Positions 1 through 12,344 of a stretch of DNA of 64,000 nucleotides are shown piece by piece (position 1 is the first letter of the stretch; each line of letters starts with the position of its first letter). Position numbers and translations under genes: made by a program. This DNA comes from Blasia pusilla (lineage: Eukaryota). Below the pieces are notes generated by a model. That model was not told the DNA's origin. It ran no database searches and saw only the letters and a list, made by a program, of their open reading frames with translations. Location of the stretch: contig CM114271.1 in assembly GCA_050084515.1 (NCBI GenBank), forward strand, positions 42,966,001-43,030,000, in the 5' to 3' direction.

Positions 1-653
1 CATTGAAAGCTGAAATGTGAAAGAGATGGAGTTAAATTTAGAAATTTGAAATGTAGCATAGTGAACCGAGGAGAGATGATGCATGATTTTGCACAAATGG
101 AGAAAAAACTAGAGAGATTAGTGGAAAGTAGATCGTGGACAAAAAGAATAGAGAAAAAAAATGGAAATGGTAGAAGTGACTTGCATGGAAAGGAGTGCAT
201 AAAATAAAGGGAGAGGAAAGTACTATACTTGATAATATCATGCATGTTTGCGTTTACTTGGTGAGTTCATCATATTGTTGTTAATGTATGGAGTGGTCTC
301 TAGGTTTTGTCTTGAAGGCAAGTCAAAATCCGGAAGGATGGGAATTGTATTCGACTTGCTAGAATCCAAAGGTGCGATAGGGAGTTATGGCACATCACCA
401 TTATTTTTTGCCAACTTCATGCGTGGGAGTAGATGGGAGGCTTTGATTGAACTTAGGTCAATCAGCATGTGCAATAGTAGACAAAATTCATGGCGGATTG
501 GTCTAAACCGGTCTAGCCTCATCCCTCCCGATGCAAGTGAAAAAAGTCCATTTTCCTAAGTGCGAGTGAGAGTAGTTTCTTTGTAGTGGATTTTAAAAAA
601 TGTAATGGCTTCTTTCTGCAAGACTTGGAAAGTAAGAAGCTTGTGGGAGCATG

Positions 654-1225
654 TTAACGCAAAGAAATTATGGAATATAGGAAGAGAAGTGAATAAGAAA
701 GACAGAAAAAAATACTTGAGGCTGGAGCATCCTTAGTATGAAGAGATAACTTTTTGTTCAAATCTTGGCCTTGGGCAATCATTGTTTGAATTTTTCTGCT
801 TGTAACCCCGTTCTCCCAAAAAGCAGGAACAAGACCAAGATTGTCAAAAAATCTCATTTGGTTTTCAGTGGGTTGGACAAAGCGTAGTGCTTGTACTTCC
901 GGTATACTCTCGATGTCATTAAGGATCATGGAGGCAAAGTCCATATAGCTTGCAAGAACCTGTTGGCTATAAGTTAGAAATAATAAGGTCAGAAAATGGA
1001 GTGAGGTTTGAAAGTAAGTTGAATTACCTAAGATCGGGGTGGAGGAAAATCAGCGTGGTGAGGAGCAAGGTGAGGAGGCGATAGGGCAGGCTCATCGTCA
1101 CGTGATGGGAGCATAGAGGTGGCTGCTTATTGTATGTGCTCCATGTAAGACATAGTGGGTGGTGGAGTTGTTCCTCCAATGACCTTCTTACCCCTAGACT
1201 TGGTGTTGCTATGAGTTGATGCCAT
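654..1225 (-). pseudogene. Decayed spliced ORF of unknown function just downstream of the Helitron helicase
   Basis: ATG at 1225 (MASTHSNTKSRGKK...), two in-frame stops (TAA, TAG; plausibly from CAA/CAG), and a GT..AG intron at 1027-960 that joins in phase to ORF 654-944 (VLASYMDFASMILNDIES...). No recognisable domain. Confidence 0.35.
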
Positions 1226-1333
1226 TTTGCATGAGGAAGAAAGTTGTAGTAAAAGTAGAGAGTGCAAGTTAAACTTGTTGTCCATATGTTACAAAATCAG
1301 AACATTGGAGGGTACCAAGTATTCGCAAGTGAC

Positions 1334-4300
1334 CTATAGTACGGACATATAAACCATACCTGATAGCGTCATATATACCATACCTGGCGCAAAAGCATAC
1401 TTGATGACTACGAGGCATTTTCCATGTATAGTTGAGCCGTGACTTTTATGTGCAGTGAGTGCATAGTCAAGAGACAAAGGGAATGTTTTTTTTGCTATAT
1501 TTCTGGTCTGAACTATAGCGTAGACTAGCATAGTTGGACCTAGTGATGCCCAATGTGTGGCCTGACAAACATGTACGCACAAAAATAGTACAAATGTCAT
1601 TATCTACATAGTGAATATCTACTACAATAGCAGTGGCACCATTAGCACCATGTACTTTCAAGTTTATATTAGAAGTAAGCATTATATTACCTTGCAGCCT
1701 GTTGCAATGAAAGGTATTTGATGGAAATCTGGATCTTGCAGCCAGTCCAAGAACTCAGGTGATGCACGAGCATTTGATAAGACTTGAATATCAATTTTAG
1801 AGGCACTGCCAAATAGACGTCTTAGGTCTATATTTTTGAACGATTGAGCATCAGATCGGTGAGAGCATATTATGGTAGTGTCATATGTAATGAAGTCTAT
1901 TGCGGCGTCTTTGGTAACAAAAGAATCCTTAAGGCAATCATGAATTTCCTAAGCAGAAGGTAATTTGGTTGTGATAGTAGCAAGAAACCTCAAGTATGGT
2001 AAGTCGTCTGCATGCCTCATAGGGGTACTTAACTCATATGTTGTAGCATCATTAAGAAATAGAGATGATGATAAGTGGCAAATATGACAAATGTCATTAA
2101 GTTTGTGGGAACATACAGGGGAAGCTCACACATATCACCAACAAGGATGACAAGTTTGGAACTGAAGGGCTTATTACCTTTGCATTGAGCGCATTCATTG
2201 AGTCTCATGGCGACAACATGAAGAAGGCACAATGTTAACATTGAAAATTTGTCAATAATGATAACATTGGCTTTGATGAGGTTCATGTAATTGTATGATG
2301 TAACTTGAAGTTGAGCAATGTCATCAAAGACTGGGATAGAAAATGCAAAGTGGATTGTGGTAGTTGGAGGATGTAATAAGATTGCATCTATTCCTGTAAT
2401 GGATGTTAGTAGAATGGTCATATGTGTAGACTCCCGGTATTTATGCATAAGTGTTATGAAAACAAATTTACCGCAACCATGAGCTCCTTTAAGAAGAATT
2501 AAGCCACTTTGAACGTGTATGAGTTTCAAGTATAAGTCCATTTGCTCAAGATTGAAAATAGAATGTCAGGTGGGCAAAGTTGGCTTTGTGGATCGTCTAC
2601 TATAGAATTTGCAAGTGGAGAAGGGTTAGAAAGTAGAAGGTACAAATCGTGATGTAGGTAAGGCTAAAGAATATCAATTGATTTGGCAAGTATCTCAATG
2701 GTATGTACCTGGCTACATAAGTGTTGAGTTGCATGTTTTTTTATGAACCATTTTATATTCTCAAAATTAGATATTACACCACGGTGTAGGCATTCATGCA
2801 AGTAAGTCCAAATCAGAAGAGGCATAGGATAGTAAAGAATGTTATGTCCTAAATGGAAATGTTTGTAGTAAGATAGAATAGAAGAATTCATTCCATTGGT
2901 GGAGTGGGCGGAATTTTGTAAACCTCACGATTTTGGATGATTTAAACACAAAATTCCCTAAAGAGTCTAAGCCCACAAGTCTACCCAAGTTTGACTTGGT
3001 TTGAGATATGAAAACCTCATGAGCTTTCGAGTATATGTAAAAAGTGTGGTCTTCTAGGCAATAAGGTCTATTGGAGTTGAGTATCACATGATGTATGCAA
3101 GGCAATGCCAAATTCTTATATAAGACAGTTTGACGAGAGGGAGGGTTAGAATCTAAACACTTGAGAGATTGAGAGCGGAAGATAATTGGAATTTGTAGCG
3201 CTATGAGAGTAGCATTGGATGATACAAATCTGTTGAGTACTACCCCAGATACAAGTTTGAGATGTACTTCATCTAATCCTTCTAGGCCAAGGTAACGGGT
3301 AGATTCAGTGTCTATATCCAGAGATCCAGTCGGCTCAGACTTTAGAGCATACTTTAGAAAGTAAAAAGACTAGTTTGTATTAGTGACACGCCAAATGTTC
3401 GCATGGGCATCCTAGAGAAGTAAAACAACATGATGCTATAGAATTGAAAATCCTATGTTCAGTATTAGGTCTGTAGTATGTCCAACGCATAGTTTTAGGG
3501 TCAATGAAAGGAATTGGTGAAGTTTTGATATTAGCTGGAAAGCCCGTGCGATAGAGAGGTCGCTGGTCTTTTCTTTCGCGTATTATGCAAACACCATCCT
3601 TACATTTGTGAAGTTGTTTATTAATAAATGGGAAGAACATGTAGAAGAATTGAGTAGAAGTGAATTAGATATAAGAGGATGTGGTGAATCTGGAATAGAG
3701 GCACATATTCATGAGGTAACTTGGTCAATATCTTTACTCTCAAACCCAAACTATTCTACAACAGTGTAAGCTACCCCTGCCATGCATCTCTTATCTGATG
3801 ATGTAGTCTACTGTTTTATTAAGAACATATGGGCTGGAAAAAAACGAATTGAGCCAAAAATGTGTGGAGGCGTGTGTGAAAGAGTTGGGCACACATCTGC
3901 GGTTGCATCCCTCAATGTAAAGGTTGGGTTAAATTTAGGGAGTATGTTTTCAATATCGGAGATCTCAGTCCAGGAGGTGTCAGAAGCCTCATCATAAGTA
4001 TGTGTTAAAAAGAAATGTGGCATGCTTAGATAGTGAACCATGGCTTTTAAGTCACGTAGATGACGCCTATGCCAAAATGGGTAGCCTGGAATGTGAGGAC
4101 TTAATGAATGCTTAGATAAGTAGTAGTAGAGATCTTCATCAGGAAGATCAAGGTGATATTTTCTTAATCTCTCTAAGTCTTTCTGCAAGATAAAGGTACG
4201 GGTAGTGGAACAAAGTGAAATAGATTGACAGAGTTGGTGCATAAGAAGAGAAAAAGGCTTATACAACAAAAAGACACTAAACAATTGTTTAGTCATTGAT

Positions 4301-5200
4301 TTGATGTATTGAAGAAAAGATTGTACACCAATGTAATACCCCCATGAAAAAGGAAATAGAAAAGGGATAATTTTTGTCTCTATGGTAAGACGTTTATCGA
4401 TAGAATTACCAGAGGAATTAGTAAGAAACCTCTGAATTGCACCAACGCGAATACAGATAAAACCATCATCAAAAATATTTGAAGATTTAGGTCTTTGATT
4501 TGGTAGTGAATAAGAAACCTCTTGTAGTATGTTTAAGTCCAACTGATATGGATCATATGCCATGCTATGAGTAAGTTGGCCCTTCTACTCAGAAGAATGC
4601 AGAACCGTATTCACCGTCGTGCTACGTAGTACTACTAGTCCGGTAGATGGATCAGGAAGTTCAAGTAGGGCCTTATAGCCTTTGTAGAGTGGATTGATTC
4701 AGAAATTCACCTCTTTAATCTGATTGAGGGTAGGGATAATCTTATTAGATTCTTGGGTACTTCGAGTATTATGGGTCCACTTGATAAGAGGCGAGTCAAG
4801 CAAAGATGTAGCATGAAAGAATCCATTGTGAAGTCCATTGAATTTTCTATGGATTCCCATTCTTGAATTAACAATAGAAAGTTGTTGTAGGTGTAGTGGA
4901 TCAACAACTAATATCTGTCTAATATCCAATGGTGTCATGTAGATATTAAAGCTACGACGAGGTTGTGTTGTGGAACACAAGTCATACATGAAGAATTCAC
5001 CAAGTCTTGGTATAATATAAGGGAGGAGAAATCCATTACATAAAGCAAACGGTGGGTATTGGTCAGAATTGATAGTACACATTATGGAACGGGGGTTGGA
5101 ATAGATGACACAACCACAATAACCGCAACATTGCATCTTGGATATAAATCCACAACGATGAGTTTCCCACCTTGACATCATTTTCTCAATTAGTGGCCAG
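1334..5200 (-). mobile_element. Degenerate Helitron Rep/PIF1-helicase coding region
   Basis: Rep HUH motifs: PHFFLTHT (~4000-4025), LPH.. (~3700-3720), YFLKYALK (~3340-3365). PIF1 helicase motifs: LKGAHGCGK, IIIDKFSML, ILVGDMCELP (ORF 2029-2541), GANGATAIV (ORF 1467-1682), YALTAHKSHGSTI and FAPGMVYMTLS (ORF 1334-1600). Many stops and frameshifts. Element ends not defined. Confidence 0.85.
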
Positions 5201-7311
5201 TGATATGCAATAGGTCTACATACTAGTTTATGGTTTGTAGTATTTTTTTAGTACTGCATTGTGTCTGCATTTTGCCATACGAGTTTTGTTGAGTATTTTT
5301 GGAGTGACATCTACATTGTGTGGATTGATAGCTCTACAAAAGGCATGTTTCCTTCTAGATGGTGCCATTAGAGAAGTTAAAAATAATGCAAGATATGATG
5401 CTTGGAATTGGTGAATTGGAAAGACATAACAGACCCGGAGATGGTGAGGTAATGTAGTAGACAAGTACCGAACTATTGAAGAAGATTGAGATAATTATTT
5501 TGAGTGAGGACCAGGAATATGCTAAGAGATGGAAATATAAGAAGATGGATGGATGGAGTGGGAGAGAAAGTACAAATAGAAAATTTAGTTGGGACAACCT
5601 CTGGATTGCTTATTTGTGCGGGGCAAGAAATCCCCAAGCTTGAAACGTTCTGCATGGACATCAAGTGAATGCTAAGTAAGAAACTAGATAGTAGCATGAA
5701 GAAATGGATTGAAAGAGAAAGAAGCCACATTTGCCAAAGGTGGAATTGTTAACGGTTAACATGGAGGAGTATTCAAGTGAAAAAGGATGTAGTCTCTGGT
5801 GGTAGAGTAGATGTACTAGGGATGAAGTGATCCATATGACCATACAGCCAACATCCAGGCTGGATTGTGCTAACCAGAGAGAGGGAAAGAGATTTTGTAC
5901 ATGAGTAGTGCAATCTTTCTCTCCACACGAGGCGTGTGGAGTGAACCTTCCTAACAAAAATGGTTTTTAGGCGGCTGCAACCGGCAACAATTGCAAAGAT
6001 TTTCTGCATACTAGTGGTATGCTATAGAGATCCAAAAAATTGAAGCAAAGACACTGGATGAATTTAAACTGTCTTCAAGTTGGGGGCTTGAAATTGGCCA
6101 CGGGGCTTGTGCTAAAATCAAGGTTGAAGGGGTATCTAAGACTGAGTTGCAAAGTGGGTTGTACTGATGGCCACAGTCACAAAAGCGAGGGAAGGAGATT
6201 GGAAGTGTGGAGGATGTGGGAACAGAAACTATGGGTTTTGATCCAAAGAAGCCCAACTTTTAGTCGATTCTGAAACTGTATGGGACTTAAAGTGGCTTTC
6301 TTGTATCGGTGATTGGATGTGAACTGGTTCTACTCCCTTTTGGTGTCTCTCTCTATCATGTATTGGCTATTATTCTAATCATTGTGCTTCACAGAGGTGT
6401 CTTGTGGTTAAACCCTCGGGGATAACCAATGGTGATAACTTTTGAGTGGGTGATTGGATTTGCGCTTGTGGCTTCCACAATTACTCTTCCAGGGTTATGG
6501 TAAGCTGTAGGTGACAACACTTATCACGTCGTGCTCATTGGGTGTATCCCCATGCTCATTCATGAAGGGAAAAATTTATCCAAGAAATTGATCAAGGTAG
6601 GGTTTGCGGTTTGCAACGACATTCTATTATAGTTCTGTTGAGAAGAGTGGTCTGTGTTTTGTGTGAATGAACTCTAAAAAGTCTTATATTCTGGTTGCAG
6701 TGCAAACAGTGCCATACTCCATCAACAAGTGTTGTATGCAGTTCCTACTGCATCTAGTATGCCTCCCCAGAACTTTCCGCTTCAAGGTGAATGTTCGGAC
6801 ATAAAGTTTGCTAAGCTACATCGTGATGCACATAATGTGTATGGTAGAAGCATACCTACTTTTGTAGATGATCATTTTCCGAAGGTTGGGATGCCATCAT
6901 CCCCCACGAGAGAGGTGAGTGAGTATCCATGGCAATGTCATCGAGTAATGCACAAATGATAGAGCATGAAGTAGTACACACGGGTTTAATCCGTCCATTT
7001 CATGTCTCATGTAGACGGGATGGGACTTCTAGCAAAGCTTCACAACAAGCACTCAATTGTCACCGATGGAGTGCTTGGCGAGAAGAATTTCAATACAAGA
7101 TTCAACACCAAGACTTGGGACAAGCCAATTTTGACTATATGAGGAACGAGTGCAACCACAAGCATCCTCACTAATTTAGAAAGCTCGCTTGTTTTTTTTT
7201 CCGTCCCCGAAGAAGGTCCTGCAAGTGGGCGTAACGGACGAGAGTAGTAAGCTTGGCAGTGAGCTCATCCATGGAAGCATCAATTCGGAACCTCTAGACA
7301 GTGAGCTCCAA

Positions 7312-7434
7312 AAGAAAATGCGGCCAAAGGTGCTAGGATTTGTTGGGATACAGACAGGATTTGATTCAACTGATCGGCAAAAAGCGCTCAAGAAAACCAT
7401 GATGCCATCAACCCGCAACGATTTTGTTAGGTTG
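7312..7434 (+). pseudogene. Fragment of a GT31 beta-1,3-galactosyltransferase
   Basis: RPKVLGFVGIQTGFDSTDRQKALKKTMMPS resembles the KVLGFVGIQTGF.S..RR..LR.TW.PS block at the start of the plant GT31 catalytic domain. No further exons seen. Confidence 0.7.
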
Positions 7435-7686
7435 AAAAATTTACGAATGTGTAAACCAAGAAACCTTTCCAAACCAAGAGTCAGATGTTCAAGAAACATA
7501 AGAGGCAAAGAATTTTGATGCCTTCCTCTGGCATGGAAGGATGCACAAGGTTAGTATATAGAAGAGTAGAGGTCCGATGGATATGCTCCTTAGAAATTGA
7601 AATCAGCGGCCGTCCCTTGCATCTAGTCTTCTCTCGAGCAATTGTAGTTTCTGGAAGGGCATGTTGCGTGTCGTGACATGAATCCC

Positions 7687-8121
7687 ATGAAGTTAGTGGC
7701 TGCCGCCAAGTTGAGTAGAGCGCAGGAAGCTGTGGTGAATGGACGTCCCTTTTTGGAGAATGTGGTTAAGGTCCTATTCAATGTGAACAACCACCTATAG
7801 AGAGAATATATTGATATCCCTTTGACGCAGATCAAGCATGTGAAGAAAGTCGCTCTGGTTGTATGCACGGGTGATTGCGGTCTGTGCGGAGGATTCAACA
7901 ACTATGTTCTCAAGAAGGCTAAGCAGTGAATGAGGGAACTTAGGAATCTAGGCATGGAATACACAGTTGTGAGTGTTGGAAAGAAGGGAAACAACTACTT
8001 CAAGAGAAGACCTGAAATCCTGGTTGACAAGTTCATCGACGTAGGAAACAGTCCCACTTCCAAGGAGGCGCATGCCATTGCTGACAAGCTTTTTTCCCTC
8101 TTCGTAAGTGAAGATGTTGAT
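7687..8121 (+). pseudogene. atpC: Internal fragment of chloroplast ATP synthase gamma subunit
   Basis: MKLVAAAKLSRAQEAVVNGRPF...VKKVALVVCTGDCGLCGGFNN...SVGKKGNNYFKRRPE...AIADKLFSLFVSEDVD. In-frame stops at 7798 and 7927. No transit peptide and no C-terminal half. Confidence 0.92.
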
Positions 8122-8979
8122 CATCTGATGGGTTCACCTCGAGCAGAATTCTGTTTTGATTGATGATGTTTTGGCTTCTCTGGTCTGATGGCAATCTAGA
8201 AGAGGGAATCTGATGTTCATGATTCTCGATCATGGGGAGGAGACTCACCTCACCTCACTCAGCTTGGGAACAAAGGGAAGTTGCTCTTGGGCCCCGGGGA
8301 GGATATGAGATTCTGAAGAGGAGGGAAGAGGATGGAAGTGAGAAACATGGGCCGAAAATGGGCCTGAATGAGATTAGATGTTGAGGAAAGCGCGCAATGC
8401 GAATGACCTTTTTCATTGCCGGTGGAATCCATTCTGTTACTCCAAAAGATGGGCAACAAGAAGCAAAGCCGCACATACCCAGGCGAAATTCAGAAGCGGG
8501 ATTTCAGGTTTAGAATTTGGGGCAAGGAATAGTCGGTTGTAATTGAACAGAAGAGCAGAGAGTTTCCAAGATAGAGCTATGGATTGGTGTAGGGAGCAAG
8601 GTAGGCGAGATGGTGGTAACGGGGATCTCAGCTTGGGAAACAGGACAAGTTTAGAGATTGAGCGATGGAGTGAATGCAGACTTGCTATGCCTCAAGCATT
8701 GCTGGACAAGATCAAATAACGCAAGAATATTCCAGTTGGAGATGGCATACCTTGATGGTTTTGAGGAAACAAATTGGATAGCAAGCAAGAGAAATTGGAA
8801 ATTGTAGACAACAACTCCACGCGAGCTTTGTGACCAAGACGAGGAGCCATGCGGAAACAATGCATACAAGCTGGATGAAAATGAGACCCGATTAACGCAC
8901 CTTGGGAGTAAATGAATCTTAGGTTCAGCAGATGCAGAAACATGGAAACCTAGAGGAGCTTATTGAGCGCGGAGGAGTG

Positions 8980-9150
8980 TGCAATGAGCACTAACGACTA
9001 AGAGAAAGAGCACATGCAGGTAACTATGATAATGATGAACAGAGCGCACACGTTGATGAACAGAGCACACACGTTGATAATGAGCAATGATGACTAAGAG
9101 AAAGCGCACACCCAAGTAACTACGAACAGAGCGCACACGTTGATAATGAT
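8980..9150. repeat. Imperfect short tandem repeats (GATGAACAGAGCGCACACGTTGAT-like units)
   Basis: AACAGAGC(G/A)CACACGTTGAT occurs three times and GACTAAGAGAAA twice. Confidence 0.6.
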
Positions 9151-10262
9151 CAAGGAAATTTTCAAAGGAATGAAAGTCAATCAGTGAGGCCGGATCACAG
9201 AATCTGTGAGAGCGACGAGTTATAGATATTGCAACGTGATAGCAGACGAACACGCGAAGAAGCTCAGGAATGAAAACAAGGTGGGAGATCGAAACAAGAT
9301 GGGGAATCGAAAGGACATTAGGGAATCAGTAGCACAAGTCATGTGAGCGCGGAAGTGAAGAACAAAGTGCAACAACAAGAACGAGGTGCCAATTTCAAAG
9401 GGAAAATGTGGTGAAATTATGAAAGAATTCGTACCTGAATTTGAGATGGAGAAGGAAGCTCGGCCATCCAATCCTTAGCAATCTTTCACTGACATAGTCT
9501 GTGACGTCGACGGCAGAACCAACGTAGACGGTACTAACATAGGTAGCAGTAGTGAAAATCATAACGTAGGCGCAAGCATTTCACGCGTTTAGGGAGGCTT
9601 GCACCAAGATTGCTTGCGGGGAGAGACCATCCATGGCAGGAGATTGCAACACTAAGAAACAACAACGAGGGACAGTGAAGACCACTCGTGGTAGCAGAAG
9701 ATTCGAGACCTAAAAACACGATCTCGCACGGAGGGCCTTCAAATAAAGCACGTGGTACCCTTGAGACAGGTAAACCACACATTACATTCACTAATTAGAA
9801 GGCTTCTCACGGGGTGAGTTCTGGTCCATTATAAAATAATCCTACGGTGGAGAAATAATCCAAGTAATACTTTTAGCCAAATGGACATAGGCTTGGGTCA
9901 CAATGTGGAACGGAGAGATACAAGAGGGTGGCAGAAGACACCATTTTTAACCGATCCTCCTTGTATAGGCCATAAAGACGTGAAAAACTATGTAATGGGG
10001 GTCTTTTTTTGTTTGCAAATCCAACCACTGTATAGCAAGGGGCAATGTAGGACTAATAAATATACTTTACTTCACTTCCACACCACCTAAGCCTAGTGTG
10101 TATGCACACAACCCAGAGAAAAGAAATGTGGCCAAATTGTCAGTGCACTTCCTTCCACGCATAAAAAATAAAAATCTCTTCAAGCAATAAAAGTTGCTTC
10201 CATCCACTAACATCTCGTCACACACACTTTTTTGACCCATAACCATCATATAGTTGTAGAGT

Positions 10263-10944
10263 CTATACAATCTATACTATTCATGACTTTTTAAAATGCA
10301 AATTTCCATTTGCTTAACACATGAAAACACAATAGAAAATGATATTTTTCACTTTACAGATAATAAAAATATCATAATCTTTTGGATGAGCATAACTTAT
10401 CCCGTGAATAGAGTCTATAGACATTATAAGAATGATGAATGAGCATGGGCAAGACCACAAACTCGGAAGGTATCTATGGATTTCAATTATAGGAGGATGA
10501 TATTCCTATATCCAACAACATTGATTGTTATCAAAATACTCATATTTTCTCGAGAATTGTTGATATTTTCAAAATTTTGGAACGGCTTTCGCAAAAAATA
10601 CAACAACCACTATTCGATTTCCGCTTCTCGCTCCTTCTTGGCCTTGATCATGCAACGCCTCGAATTCGATGTTACGCACTTATCTACTTTTCCACTCTCT
10701 CCACCCAATCTTAAAAGTAATTTTAATTCAAGTCACTAATTAAATTCCTCCTAACCCCCTAATGCATGTTATATTTTCACAAAAATATTTATGTTACTAT
10801 TAGAGAGTCCCCCTTCCTTTTTCAAGCCCTTCTCTTTTCTTTTCACTTTCGTGATTAATAAAATCATTCGAATTTGATTTTAAACGGTGCTTAATAATTA
10901 AAAAAATGAAATACGAGAGAACTTGGCGTACGCCGGGAAATGCT
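10263..10944 (+). mobile_element. Possible non-autonomous Helitron
   Basis: TCTATAC-type 5' start, AT-rich body, 3' palindrome GGCGTACGCC followed by a degenerate CTAC end. Confidence 0.3.
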
Positions 10945-12344
10945 ACAACGGTACAAACAAACAAATATATACTTCGGAGAGTGAGAGAAGCGGGTACCGC
11001 GTTCCATATTGGAAGAGGGTACGGCGATGCCCTGCGATAGGCTCTAATTGACCCTGTGCGGTTGCTATAAATGGAACGCTTTCGGTGAAAGCCGGTGCGT
11101 CTTTCTTTCTGTCAACGCGAGCCTCAGACCAGCGGCGAGCGACCAGACACCGGCTGGATTCGGGAACCGGCTCTGAGAACGGGCGCAGCCGGTGAGCGGG
11201 CGGTTGCCCGGGTTTGCTTGTAGCGACACCAACCAACAACGGAAGAAGCTGCCGCTTTACTTTGATTTCTTCCTTCCTTCCTTCCATGGGAGATGTCGCG
11301 TCTTCGTCACTGCGGTTGAAATGGACGGACACGGATGCAAAGAACGGATTCTATATTAAGTAAACCGAGAGAGTTCGTTGGACGATCCGAGGTTCACAGC
11401 TGAGCGTGGCGGGCAGGGCAGGGCAGGCGGACGGAGTAAACCGAGAAGTGAAGGAAGTAGAACTGTAGTAGTAGTGGCTAATAAGTCACGTATCGTGCGG
11501 CGTCCTGATCTGGTTCCTCGCCTCCTACCGTAGTACCGTCCGGGTGCGAATCCGGGTCCTGCCGTGCGTGTTGTCAGGCAGGGGGTCTCGTGCAGTTCAA
11601 TTCCGGCCGGGGCAGGTCCTGGCTTCTCTCACGCCTCGTCCGCTCGGGCAGAGGAAGGGAGAGAGAGAGAGAGTTGTCGAGGAAAATGGGAGGACATCGA
11701 CGTTTAGGCAGTCAGACGGTGCTTTGATTTTGTTTTGCATTCACTGTCGCCGCGGAGGAGGGGGCCACGGAAGGAAGGAAGGAAGGAAGGAAGAGGGGGA
11801 GGAGGAGGATTGGATGGTGGTTTCGAAATCAAGCAGGAATTGGAGTGGTTGGGGCCCGGACGAGGCTATGCAGAACGGGTGAGCGTTGCGGTTCGGGAAC
11901 TCGGAACCCTATGGGGAACTGGCTCTCAATTTGTGAATTGTGGATCCGACTTGATAGCTGAAACTACAGGGGGACTGGTGGCACAGAGGTTGCCGTCAAG
12001 GTGGGTCGATTGTCGGGAGACGGATTAGTTTTGACGAGAATTTTGTCAATCGGTGAAAGGAGTCGAGATCTACTGGTTGGGTTGGTTTGGATCGAGTTTC
12101 TTGGACTGGGATTGAGCGTTGTTTCAGCCTACTGTATATCGTGGATCACATTGTAAAATAATTTGTGGACGGGTGGGGTATGCCAAGCTCTGAGGAGCAG
12201 CCAGGAGCCGGAGAATTGGGTTGTTGAAAAGAGAGATGTCTGTATACTCTCGGACTTTGTTTGCATTGGGCACAACTGATTATGCCTGTCGATACCTTCT
12301 CCAGTGCTTTGAAGAGGGAATTATATTGAACAAAGAGAAAGCAG

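Noticed and set aside
10943-12028. Several GC-rich ORFs upstream of ATG4
   Set aside because: Consistent with promoter/5' UTR sequence; no protein features.
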